Shown here in pieces: positions 1-8,115 of a DNA stretch of 29,102 nucleotides; within the stretch, counting starts at the first letter, position 1, and every line of letters begins with the position of its first letter. The DNA is taken from assembly GCA_037441705.1 (NCBI GenBank), contig JBBIRR010000045.1, forward strand, positions 1 to 29,102. The letters are read 5' to 3'. The notes beneath the pieces are model-generated. The model was not told where the DNA came from. It did not search any database and worked only from the letters and a program-made list of their open reading frames with translations. The position numbers were made by a program, and so were the translations under genes. This DNA is from Ignavibacteriales bacterium (lineage in GTDB: Bacteria; Bacteroidota; Ignavibacteria; UBA10030; UBA6906).

Positions 1-1
1 C

Positions 2-103
2 CCAGCGCGGATGTTTGGTGCTGAGGACGTAGCTGTACTGCACGTCGCGCTGTTCAGCGTAGTCCTTGGTGCTGATGTGTACCGAAAGCGGATGCAGGCT
101 CAC
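2..103 (-). CDS. Possible 5' end of a gene running off the left edge (MSLHPLSVHISTKDYAEQRDVQYSYVLSTKHPRW...)
   Basis: GTG at 103-101 overlaps the TGA of the upstream gene (GTGA coupling); the frame is open to the window edge; no family recognised. Confidence 0.35.
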   Translation of the reverse strand, partial: MSLHPLSVHISTKDYAEQRDVQYSYVLSTKHPRW

Positions 104-1254
104 TTCCAGACCTCCGTAACTTTCTTGGTAATCCGGACGTTGCGCTTGGCCAGTTCGTCAATCATCAGTTTGCCGGGCACGCACAGTTCGGGCACGATGA
201 CGCCGCGCTCGGTGATGATGCCGTGCGCCAGCATTTGCGCCACAATGGATGTCGGAAATGCCGTCGTTCTCATCATGGCAGTCATCTTTGTAGCATCATC
301 ATAATAATCGATGAACTCATACACAAGCGTTTTCTCAGCGGTCTTGGTTCGCCCGCTGATGGTGGCGCGGGCCAGCACAACATCCTTGTCCCCGTAGTCA
401 AGCTTCTTCCGCAGGAGGTCGGCGAAGAACTCCCGGTTGGTCTTGACGCTTCCGCCGACCATCATCGGCTCGTTCGTGGCGAAGCCGAGATCGAGCAGCG
501 TCTTGAACTTCTCGCAGTGACCCTTGTAGCGGATGGTCTTGTAGTCGAGATTCTTCAATCTGCCGGCAAACACTTTCGTGAGGGTCGAAAGTCCGCCCGA
601 GGTGTTGAACGCCTCGAGCGTCCCGAACGGCGGCGGAAACTCGATCTCTTCCAATCCCGACATCGGATCAATCAACTTCAACTCTCCATCCTGAATCACC
701 GTTGCCTTCTCAACATACTCGTTGATGAGTCCCTCCACGGAGAAGACGATCTGGTAGTACAGCGGCGGCCGCGGGTTTTGCGGCAATCCGCCCACACGCA
801 GATGGATGGAATCGAGTTCGTCGAATTCCTTCGATCCTTCCATGGCCAGGATGTTGATGAGACCCGGCGCCAATCCGCAGTTGGGAACGATGGTGATGTT
901 TCTCTCTTTGGCAGCAGCATCGAGCGTCAGTTGTCTCTCGACGATCTCGTTGTTGCCGCCAAGGTCACACATGGAAACGCCGGCCTCGATCGCGGCCTTC
1001 GTCATGTGGTAGTTGACGGAGTAGGAGACGGCGCTGATGACGGCTCCGCACCCTTCAATGAGTTTTACCACATCCCGGTTGTTGTTGACGTCAATCCGGA
1101 CGGGTTGAACGTTGGGGCCGATGGAGGCAGCCGAGCTTTTCGCCTGCTGGATGTTGATGTCCGCCAGAATGATTTCGTCGTTGGGATTTCTCATTGCGAG
1201 GTCGTAGGCAGCCGCACTGCCCATCATACCCGCACCGATCACAGCATATTTCAT
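100..1254 (-). CDS. Saccharopine dehydrogenase-family / lysine 6-dehydrogenase-like NAD(P)-dependent oxidoreductase
   Basis: N-terminal Rossmann motif MKYAVIGAGMMG; DLGGN, NCGLAPGL, FSVEGLINEY, LEAFNTSGG, YKTIRYKGH, AMMRTTAFP. Start moved to ATG 1254, which has AAAGGT upstream. Confidence 0.88.
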   Translation of the reverse strand: MKYAVIGAGMMGSAAAYDLAMRNPNDEIILADINIQQAKSSAASIGPNVQPVRIDVNNNRDVVKLIEGCGAVISAVSYSVNYHMTKAAIEAGVSMCDLGGNNEIVERQLTLDAAAKERNITIVPNCGLAPGLINILAMEGSKEFDELDSIHLRVGGLPQNPRPPLYYQIVFSVEGLINEYVEKATVIQDGELKLIDPMSGLEEIEFPPPFGTLEAFNTSGGLSTLTKVFAGRLKNLDYKTIRYKGHCEKFKTLLDLGFATNEPMMVGGSVKTNREFFADLLRKKLDYGDKDVVLARATISGRTKTAEKTLVYEFIDYYDDATKMTAMMRTTAFPTSIVAQMLAHGIITERGVIVPELCVPGKLMIDELAKRNVRITKKVTEVWK

Positions 1255-1270
1255 GATGTACCTTTCGTGT

Positions 1271-1924
1271 TCATTTGAGAATCTCGCCGGTCTCGCTGCT
1301 CCACAAGAGCAGATCAAGCTCGTCCATCGGAATGCCGATGACCTGGGCGAAGCGTTGGAATTTTTTTTCGATAGAAAGATAACGCTTTGGCGTCAAAGTT
1401 CTTGGGAGCGAGCGAAGAACGCGATGCTTCTTCAGGTTTTTGAGAATATGTCTATCGAGAATGGCAAGGTTGCGATGCCCGATGTTGCGCAGGAAATGCG
1501 ACGCTTCCTTCCAGCCCAGGCCCTTGACGTTGCGAACGAGCCATACGCGAAGCTCGACGGCCGATGATCCGTTCGTCAGCACGCGGAGCGTCACGTCGTA
1601 CTGACGCCACAGATCCCGTATGCATTGCGCTTTCGTGTTATGAAATCGAATGTAGTGTTCGCGGCATGCAAGGACGCGAGCAAGCGATGCAGTGTCGTCC
1701 CACACCCTCTCTGCCTTCAGCCGCTCCACGGCCTTTGCCGCATGCACGGCGCTGGACTGTGGGGTGAGCAAGCAGTAGATGAGTTCGTATACATACTCTT
1801 CCGGCTTGACGGCGGCGAACTCTTCCAGCCGCGCCCGTATTGCCTCGCGGTGGCGAGCATAGCGCTCGTTTATTTCATCAACGTGTTGGTAGGAGTTCCT
1901 CATGCCCGCCCCGATCCTGATCAT
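1271..1924 (-). CDS. ogg: N-glycosylase/DNA lyase, 8-oxoguanine DNA glycosylase of Ogg2 type
   Basis: ELIYCLLTPQSSA, RFHNTKA, HhH region VKGLGWKEASHFLRNIG (catalytic Lys), AILDRH (catalytic Asp), ELDLLLW and a terminal Lys (GEILK*). ATG 1924 overlaps the mutY stop (ATGA); ATG 1903 is an alternative start. Confidence 0.88.
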   Translation of the reverse strand: MIRIGAGMRNSYQHVDEINERYARHREAIRARLEEFAAVKPEEYVYELIYCLLTPQSSAVHAAKAVERLKAERVWDDTASLARVLACREHYIRFHNTKAQCIRDLWRQYDVTLRVLTNGSSAVELRVWLVRNVKGLGWKEASHFLRNIGHRNLAILDRHILKNLKKHRVLRSLPRTLTPKRYLSIEKKFQRFAQVIGIPMDELDLLLWSSETGEILK

Positions 1925-2841
1925 GCTAACGAGATGTACGTTGACGCAAGGGATCTCTCGCCGCGGAGCGTAATCAATCCATCGCGCTGCAGTCCAGAGA
2001 GCAGCTCTTTGAACCATCGTTCCTGTCGGGATGAGAATGCCGGATGCACGGATCGTGCGAGAACATCGGCCCGAACCCGGCGGGCGCCGTTCACGTTGCG
2101 CAGAAACTCGACGATCCTTCCCCGGTAGATTCTGTTCGGGAGTCCGTTGCGTCGTGACGTGCGGCCTGTTCGGGACACGCCCGCGCGAACCATGCGAGCG
2201 GCCGACGAACACCACCGCAGCACGGGGCACGCTTCGCAGCGGGGACTTCGCGCAAGACACACAGTGGCTCCAAGGTCCATCAGCGCCTGGTTCCACTCGT
2301 ATGCGCGTTGGGTCGGGAGTAACGTGCCGGAAAGCGCAGCGACTTCTTCGGCGCTGCGCGCCGAGTCTGTCGAGTGCATCGGCCAGAATACGCGAGAAAG
2401 TACCCGTTGCACATTCACATCCACCACGGGGACCGGCCGTGCGTGAACGGAGGAGAGCAAGGCGTTGGCGGTATACATGCCGATGCCCGGAAGTGCCAGC
2501 AGGTCGTTGAGTGTGTTCGGAATCCTGCCGTTGTGGTCACGGACGAGAACACGTGCACACTCGTGCAAGCGCACCGCGCGTGTGTTGTATCCCATGCCGC
2601 GCCACATGAGAATCACCTCGCGCCGTGATGCGCGCGCAAGCGAACGCAGTGTGGGAAAGCGACGAAGGAAGCGCGGATACTTTTCCAGCACGCGACTGAC
2701 TTGCGTCTGCTGAAGCATGATTTCGGAGACGAGGATGCGGTAGGGATCGGAGATGTTTCGCCAGGGGAGTGTTCTGCCGTGACGTTTGTACCACGCGAGA
2801 ATGGCGCGGACAACGCTACGCTGTTTGATGTGCTTCTGCAT
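1921..2841 (-). CDS. mutY: A/G-specific adenine glycosylase MutY, short form
   Basis: LPWR, PYRILVSEIMLQQTQV, WRGMGY, LPGIGMYTA (HhH), VDVNVQRV, NQALMDLGATVC and the Fe-S motif CLARSPRCEACPVLRWC. Confidence 0.93.
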   Translation of the reverse strand: MQKHIKQRSVVRAILAWYKRHGRTLPWRNISDPYRILVSEIMLQQTQVSRVLEKYPRFLRRFPTLRSLARASRREVILMWRGMGYNTRAVRLHECARVLVRDHNGRIPNTLNDLLALPGIGMYTANALLSSVHARPVPVVDVNVQRVLSRVFWPMHSTDSARSAEEVAALSGTLLPTQRAYEWNQALMDLGATVCLARSPRCEACPVLRWCSSAARMVRAGVSRTGRTSRRNGLPNRIYRGRIVEFLRNVNGARRVRADVLARSVHPAFSSRQERWFKELLSGLQRDGLITLRGERSLASTYISLA

Positions 2842-3241
2842 ATTTCACGAGTCGCTCGATCGCTTCTCGATTGCCCTCCAGGATGTCCATGCCTTGAAGC
2901 TGCCGCGGCGTCGTCCATCGTATCTGCTCGAACGCATGATTGACCGGTTCGCCCGAGAACTCTCGTACCAGAAAATAATAGACTCGAAAGGCCCCATCCT
3001 GACCGGGTGTGTCGATCCCTTCCGTGTAGGTCCACTCCTGACGAAAAAACTCTTGCGGCTCTTGTGGTTCGATCCCCAACTCTTCCCGCAGCTCTCTGAA
3101 GAGCGCATGCTCGGGGGCCTCGCCGGGCTCCAACTTTCCGCCGGGGAATTCCCACTTGAGGGCATAGCGTGCAGAGCGTTTCCGCTGGCACGCGAGCACA
3201 TACCCGTTGCGCATGATCATGCCGACAGCCACTTCTTTCAT
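2816..3241 (-). CDS. mutT: MutT-like NUDIX (d)NTP pyrophosphohydrolase
   Basis: Intact Nudix box WEFPGGKLEPGEAPEHALFRELREELGI; 141 aa from ATG 3241. The longer ORF extension is antisense to nrfH. Substrate is inferred from context. Confidence 0.82.
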   Translation of the reverse strand: MKEVAVGMIMRNGYVLACQRKRSARYALKWEFPGGKLEPGEAPEHALFRELREELGIEPQEPQEFFRQEWTYTEGIDTPGQDGAFRVYYFLVREFSGEPVNHAFEQIRWTTPRQLQGMDILEGNREAIERLVKYAEAHQTA

Positions 3242-3248
3242 GGCACTA

Positions 3249-3276
3249 AAAATACGCAAAAGGATTGTGACTTCAA
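3249..3276 (-). promoter_or_regulatory. Putative sigma70-type promoter for mutT-mutY-ogg, probably leaderless
   Basis: Minus strand reads TTGAAG-16 nt-TATTTT, then 7 nt to the mutT ATG; no Shine-Dalgarno. Confidence 0.45.
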
Positions 3277-3402
3277 ACGCGACGGATGAACTCCGTATGG
3301 AGTTCCATACTGCTATGTTGCTGATACAAACATGGAATGCAAGAATCAAGCGGGGCAGCCCGACCCCGCCAGAAAGAAGACGTGGCCGAAGTTTCCGCGT
3401 TC

Positions 3403-3431
3403 TTGCTTTCTCTCCCGCATGGCCGTATCTT
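3403..3431 (+). promoter_or_regulatory. Putative sigma70-type promoter for nrfHA
   Basis: TTGCTT(3403-3408)-17 nt-TATCTT(3426-3431), about 60 nt upstream of nrfH. Confidence 0.5.
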
Positions 3432-3490
3432 GAGTACCAAAATTCGCACACGTTATTTGCGTTTCGTTCACGTCGCACAGATCGACCGCA

Positions 3491-3961
3491 ATGCAGTTCA
3501 TTCCATCCCATAAGGCAGGCATCGTGCTTGCAGCCCTGGTAGGCTTCATGCTGGGGCTGGGGTACTTCACGTGGACGTACGCCGAAGGCGGCTCCTACTT
3601 CAGCAACGACCCGCGGGCTTGTGCTAACTGCCACATCATGCGCGAGTACTACGACTCGTGGCAGAAGTCCAGCCACAAAAGCCGCGCAGCCTGCAATGAT
3701 TGCCACACGCCGCATGACGTCGTGCCGAAGTATGTTGCCAAAGCAGAAAACGGCGTTCGGCATTCCTGGAAGTTCACGTTCCAGTCCTTTCAGGAGCCTC
3801 TTCACATCACGCAGATGAACCTCGACAACCTCCAGGCAAACTGCGTGAGCTGCCACGAGGGATTGGTGCGGGAGATTGCCGGCAGAACGCAACATGGACT
3901 TTCTACCGAGCAGACCTGTGTCCACTGCCATGCGGACGTCGGACACGGGGCGCGGTTCTAA
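3491..3961 (+). CDS. nrfH: Cytochrome c nitrite reductase small subunit NrfH (NapC/NirT family tetraheme)
   Basis: N-terminal TM helix; four heme motifs CANCH(IM), CNDCH, CVSCH, CVHCH; directly upstream of nrfA. Confidence 0.95.
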   Translation: MQFIPSHKAGIVLAALVGFMLGLGYFTWTYAEGGSYFSNDPRACANCHIMREYYDSWQKSSHKSRAACNDCHTPHDVVPKYVAKAENGVRHSWKFTFQSFQEPLHITQMNLDNLQANCVSCHEGLVREIAGRTQHGLSTEQTCVHCHADVGHGARF

Positions 3962-3988
3962 TCCGTCCATCATCACGCAGGAGAATCT

Positions 3989-5323
3989 ATGACTTCATCG
4001 GACCGAAAAAGTACGTATCGAACATACGCCATCATCGTTGGGGTGGTCGCTGCGCTGACGTTTCTCACCACGTTGTTGTTGTTCAACGTCCGCGATCGAA
4101 AAGAGGAGGCGAAAGAAGTCTCCTTTCGCCTTGCGGACCTGAGCGAAGAAACGATTGATCCGGCGATCTGGGGCAAGAACTTTCCACGGCAGTACGACGG
4201 CTACAAACGGACGGTGGATACGCTGCGTACAAAGTACGGAGGCAGCGAGGCGTTTCAGAAGCTCGATGCCGAGCCGATGTATCGCCGCATCTTTGCCGGA
4301 TACGCCTTCAGTCTGGATTACCGCGAGGAACGCGGGCACGCGTTCATGCTGCTGGATCAGGATATGACCGAGCGTGTGAAGCAGCGGCAGCAACCGGGTG
4401 CATGCTTGCACTGTCACTCCTCCGTCATCCCCGCGTATCGCACGGTCGGCAAGGGCGACGTGTTCAAAGGATTCGAACAAGTCTGCGCCATGCCCTACGC
4501 CGAAGCGCGCAAACTCGTCGAACATCCCATTGCTTGCGTGGATTGCCATGACCCGAAAACGATGGACCTGCGGGTGACACGACCCGCGTTCCTCATTGGC
4601 ATCAAAGCACTGATGAAGAAGGAAAAGGGAATTGACAACTACGATCCGAACAAGATGGCAACACGCCAGGAGATGCGCAGCTTCGTCTGCGGGCAATGTC
4701 ATGTTGAATACTACTTCAAAGGCGAGGGAAAGCTCTTGACGTATCCGTGGGCGAACGGCATCAAAGTGGAAGAGATGCTTGCGTACTACGACGAATACGG
4801 CTTCAAGGATTGGACGCATGCCGAAACCGGCGCCCCCGTCCTCAAAGCCCAGCATCCGGAGTTCGAGATGTGGAATCAGGGCATCCACGCGCGCAGCGAG
4901 GTTGCCTGCGCCGATTGCCACATGCCGTACAAACGCGACGGCGCGGTCAAAATCAGCGACCATCATGTGCGCAGTCCCATCCTCAACATCTCGCGCGCCT
5001 GCCAGACGTGTCACCCGCAGCCGGAAGAGGAGTTGAAGGCGCGTGTGGAGACGATTCAGGATCGCACACGTGCTCTGTTGACGCGTGCCGAGGAAGCGCT
5101 CGTGCAACTCTACGACGAGGTAAAGAAGGCACGCCAGCGGGGCGTATCCGAGACGGTGTTGGAAGCGGCGTTGAAGCTCCAACGGAGTGCACAGTTCCGG
5201 CTGGATTTCGTCGCAGCTGAAAACTCCATGGGCTTCCACGCACCGCAGGAATCTGCCCGCATTCTCGGCGAAGCAATTGACTACGCGCGGCAGGGCCAGC
5301 TTGCAGCTGCCACGGCGCGCTAA
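3989..5323 (+). CDS. nrfA: Ammonia-forming cytochrome c nitrite reductase NrfA (c552), CXXCH first-heme variant
   Basis: Five heme motifs CLHCH, CVDCH, CGQCHVEYYF, CADCH, CQTCH; EERGH, LKAQHPEFE, AENSMGFHAPQE. Confidence 0.95.
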   Translation: MTSSDRKSTYRTYAIIVGVVAALTFLTTLLLFNVRDRKEEAKEVSFRLADLSEETIDPAIWGKNFPRQYDGYKRTVDTLRTKYGGSEAFQKLDAEPMYRRIFAGYAFSLDYREERGHAFMLLDQDMTERVKQRQQPGACLHCHSSVIPAYRTVGKGDVFKGFEQVCAMPYAEARKLVEHPIACVDCHDPKTMDLRVTRPAFLIGIKALMKKEKGIDNYDPNKMATRQEMRSFVCGQCHVEYYFKGEGKLLTYPWANGIKVEEMLAYYDEYGFKDWTHAETGAPVLKAQHPEFEMWNQGIHARSEVACADCHMPYKRDGAVKISDHHVRSPILNISRACQTCHPQPEEELKARVETIQDRTRALLTRAEEALVQLYDEVKKARQRGVSETVLEAALKLQRSAQFRLDFVAAENSMGFHAPQESARILGEAIDYARQGQLAAATAR

Positions 5324-5376
5324 TCACGCAACGCTGAGCTTCGAGTTCACAGGCTGAGATCACAACGATTGAGAGC

Positions 5377-6741
5377 ATGAAGAACAAACAGAAAGTCCAC
5401 GTCATCACCATGGGGTGTGCGAAGAACCTCGTGGACTCGGAAAAGCTCATGGTGCATCTTCAGCGCAATGACATCGAAGTAACGCCGAGCATCGAGGAAG
5501 CCGATATCGCCGTAATCAATACCTGCGGGTTCATTACGGCGGCGAAGGAAGAATCCATCAATATGATTCTTGCCAACGTCCGGCGGAAGTCGCGAGGTAA
5601 GCTGAAAAAAGTTTACGCCATGGGCTGCTTGGCGGAACGCTACAAAGCCGAGCTGGAAAAAGAAATTCCGGAGGTGGATAAATTCTTCGGCTCATCCAAC
5701 AACCTCAGCGGCATCTTGAAGGAGTTGGGGGCAGAGTACAAGTACGAGCTGCTCGGCGAGCGGTTGCTCAGCACGCCTTCGCATTTTGCCTATCTCAAAA
5801 TCTCGGAGGGCTGCGACAACCCGTGCTCGTTCTGCGCCATTCCCCTCATGCGCGGGAAGCATGTCAGTCGAACGATGGAGGAGATTGTTCGAGAGGCAGA
5901 GCTGCTTGTCGCGCGGGGCGTGAAGGAACTCATCGTCATCGGGCAGGACACAACATACTATGGTCTCGACCTCTACGGTGCCCGAAAGCTTCCTGACCTG
6001 CTCGACCGGCTTGCCGGCATTGAAGGAGTCGAGTGGGTTCGCTTGATGTACGCCTATCCCGCAAAGTTTCCGTACGACGTCCTGAACGTGATCGCGGGCC
6101 ATCCCAAACTCTGCAAGTACCTCGATATTCCCGTCCAGCACATCTCCGACAACGTGCTGAAGTCTATGCGGCGCGGCATATCGAGTCGTGCCCTACGCAG
6201 GCTGCTGGACGACATCCGCGGCGCTGTGCCGCGCATAGCACTGCGCACCACGGTGATCGTGGGGTATCCGACGGAAACGCCGAAGGAGTTCGACGAGCTA
6301 TTGCGATTTGTTGAAGACGTGAAATTCGATCGGCTGGGTGTGTTCTGCTACTCGCAAGAAGAAGGAACCTCCGCCTTCGGGCTGGGTGATCCCATTCCGC
6401 AGAAAGAGAAGGAGCGGCGCAAGGGGTTGGTGATGGAACTGCAGCAGGGCATCTCGCGAGAAAAGAATCGGATGCTCATCGGCACGACGCAGCGCGTGGT
6501 CGTGGATGCATGTGAGGATGGCGTCTGCATCGGACGAACCGAACGGGATGCCCCTGAGATTGACACGAATGTTCTGATCTCCAGCGATCGGCCGATCGCG
6601 GCGGGAACGTTCCTGGATGTTGCAATTGAAAGCGCTTCTGAGTATGATGTGTGTGGAAGCCCGGTGTCTGCGCACGGGCAATCCCCTACCCACCATCCTA
6701 CGCAAGACGAGTGTCGCAGAACGAATCATGTTGGATCTTAG
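5377..6741 (+). CDS. rimO: Ribosomal protein S12 methylthiotransferase RimO
   Basis: MGCAKNLVDSE, NTCGFI..AKEESI, radical SAM KISEGCDNPCSFCAIP, QDTTYYG, DAPEID TRAM region. Confidence 0.96.
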   Translation: MKNKQKVHVITMGCAKNLVDSEKLMVHLQRNDIEVTPSIEEADIAVINTCGFITAAKEESINMILANVRRKSRGKLKKVYAMGCLAERYKAELEKEIPEVDKFFGSSNNLSGILKELGAEYKYELLGERLLSTPSHFAYLKISEGCDNPCSFCAIPLMRGKHVSRTMEEIVREAELLVARGVKELIVIGQDTTYYGLDLYGARKLPDLLDRLAGIEGVEWVRLMYAYPAKFPYDVLNVIAGHPKLCKYLDIPVQHISDNVLKSMRRGISSRALRRLLDDIRGAVPRIALRTTVIVGYPTETPKEFDELLRFVEDVKFDRLGVFCYSQEEGTSAFGLGDPIPQKEKERRKGLVMELQQGISREKNRMLIGTTQRVVVDACEDGVCIGRTERDAPEIDTNVLISSDRPIAAGTFLDVAIESASEYDVCGSPVSAHGQSPTHHPTQDECRRTNHVGS

Positions 6742-6777
6742 CCCATCGCCGTCCTGAAAGGACGGAAGGAGGACGTC

Positions 6778-8061
6778 ATGAAGATGCTGGCTATGCTGCT
6801 GATGCTGATCGGCGCCGCGTCGGCAGCGCGCGGGCAGGTGGAAGTCAGGGGCGGCAAGGAGGATGCGCCCTTCGACGTGGATGCGATCAGCTTTGCCTCG
6901 GACTCCGCCCACATTAGCCGCCTGCACGTATTCGCTGCCATTCCGTACGAGCAACTCAGTTTTGTGAAGGAGGGAGACAACTTCGTTGCTTCCTACGAGT
7001 TTACCATCTCCATCTTCGACTCCCTGCAGGCCCTGGTCACAGAAAAGCTGTACACGACCGACGTTCGGGTGCCGACGTTCGAGCAATCGGTTTCTTCCGC
7101 CGCGTTCAGCATCGAGCGTTTGTATTTCTATCTCCCGCCGGGTCTGTATCGCATTGCGGTGATGTGCCGCGACCGCGAAAGCCGTGTCACGCGGCGTGTC
7201 ACGAAGCAGCTCACCGTTTCGGATTATTCTCATCCCGGCCTCCAGCTCAGCGACATCATGCTCGTGAGCAAGCTGACGGAAAAGGATGAGAAGCGTTTGT
7301 TTACGCCCAGCATCTCTCCCAATGTCGGCAACATTCCGCCGCCCATGCACATCTTCTTCGAGGCGTACAATGAAGGCCGCCAGGACTCGGTCGAGTTTAT
7401 CACCACCATCTTCACGGACAAGAATCAGCAATCCTTAAAGGCCGACACGCTGCTGGCGCTGGCCCCGGGGCGCAACCAGGTGTTCTTGGCGATTGATCAG
7501 AGTTCGCTGCCGATCGGCGATTACAAAATGTATGTTCAAGCCTATCCCGCCGGCAAAGTCGCCACCGCACAGCCGCTCGGCACAACTAGTCGGTCGTTCA
7601 TCGTTCGCTGGAGGGCCTTACCCAAGAGCATCAAGAACCTCGATCTTGCCATCGAACAGTTGGTCTATATTGCAAAAGAGAAAGAATTAGAGTTCATCAA
7701 ACAGGCTGAAACGCCGGAGGAGAAACAGAAACGATTCATGGAGTTCTGGAAGAAGAAAGATCCCAATCCCAACACCGCGCGCAACGAGAAGATGGAGGAA
7801 TACTACGAGCGTGTGGAGTACGCGAACAAGCACTTCAAGCACTACACTGAAGGCTGGCGTACGGATATGGGGATGATCTACATTATTTTCGGCGCGCCCA
7901 GCAACGTTGACCGTCATCCGTTTGACAGCAACGCGAAGCCGTACGAGGTGTGGTCGTATTTCGATCTGAACTACACGTTCGTGTTCGTTGACGAGACCGG
8001 CTTTGGCGACTACCGGCTCACGACGCCGATCTGGGATGTGTGGCAGCGCCCGAGGAACTGA
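6778..8061 (+). CDS. Secreted GWxTD-domain protein
   Basis: RBS AAGGAGG; signal peptide; C-terminal FWKKKDPNP..EYYERVEYAN..EGWRTDMGMIYIIFGAP..YEVWSY..FVFVD. Confidence 0.88.
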   Translation: MKMLAMLLMLIGAASAARGQVEVRGGKEDAPFDVDAISFASDSAHISRLHVFAAIPYEQLSFVKEGDNFVASYEFTISIFDSLQALVTEKLYTTDVRVPTFEQSVSSAAFSIERLYFYLPPGLYRIAVMCRDRESRVTRRVTKQLTVSDYSHPGLQLSDIMLVSKLTEKDEKRLFTPSISPNVGNIPPPMHIFFEAYNEGRQDSVEFITTIFTDKNQQSLKADTLLALAPGRNQVFLAIDQSSLPIGDYKMYVQAYPAGKVATAQPLGTTSRSFIVRWRALPKSIKNLDLAIEQLVYIAKEKELEFIKQAETPEEKQKRFMEFWKKKDPNPNTARNEKMEEYYERVEYANKHFKHYTEGWRTDMGMIYIIFGAPSNVDRHPFDSNAKPYEVWSYFDLNYTFVFVDETGFGDYRLTTPIWDVWQRPRN

Positions 8062-8080
8062 GTGTTCCTGCTCGCGCGGG

Positions 8081-8109
8081 TTGACCTTCAGACGAAGAAT
8101 CTCTATACT
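8081..8109 (+). promoter_or_regulatory. Putative sigma70-type promoter for the Omp85 gene, leaderless
   Basis: TTGACC(8081-8086)-17 nt-TATACT(8104-8109), 6 nt before ATG 8116. Confidence 0.6.
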
Positions 8110-8115
8110 TTTTCC

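Noticed and set aside
223-1278. 351-aa plus-strand ORF
   Set aside because: Antisense shadow of the dehydrogenase gene; no motifs.
1925-2296. N-terminal extension of the 341-aa ogg ORF
   Set aside because: Lies inside mutY in another frame; Arg/Pro-rich non-protein-like sequence.
3242-3490. FNR, CRP or NarL boxes upstream of nrfH
   Set aside because: Only partial half-sites; no correctly spaced consensus.
3242-3976. N-terminal extension making MutT a 386-aa protein
   Set aside because: Antisense to nrfH and crosses the promoter region; the Nudix fold starts at MKEVAVG.
3995-5239. 414-aa minus-strand ORF
   Set aside because: Antisense shadow of nrfA.
6660-6741. Extra C-terminal tail on RimO
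   Set aside because: Short low-complexity extension after the TRAM domain; no evidence of function or frameshift.
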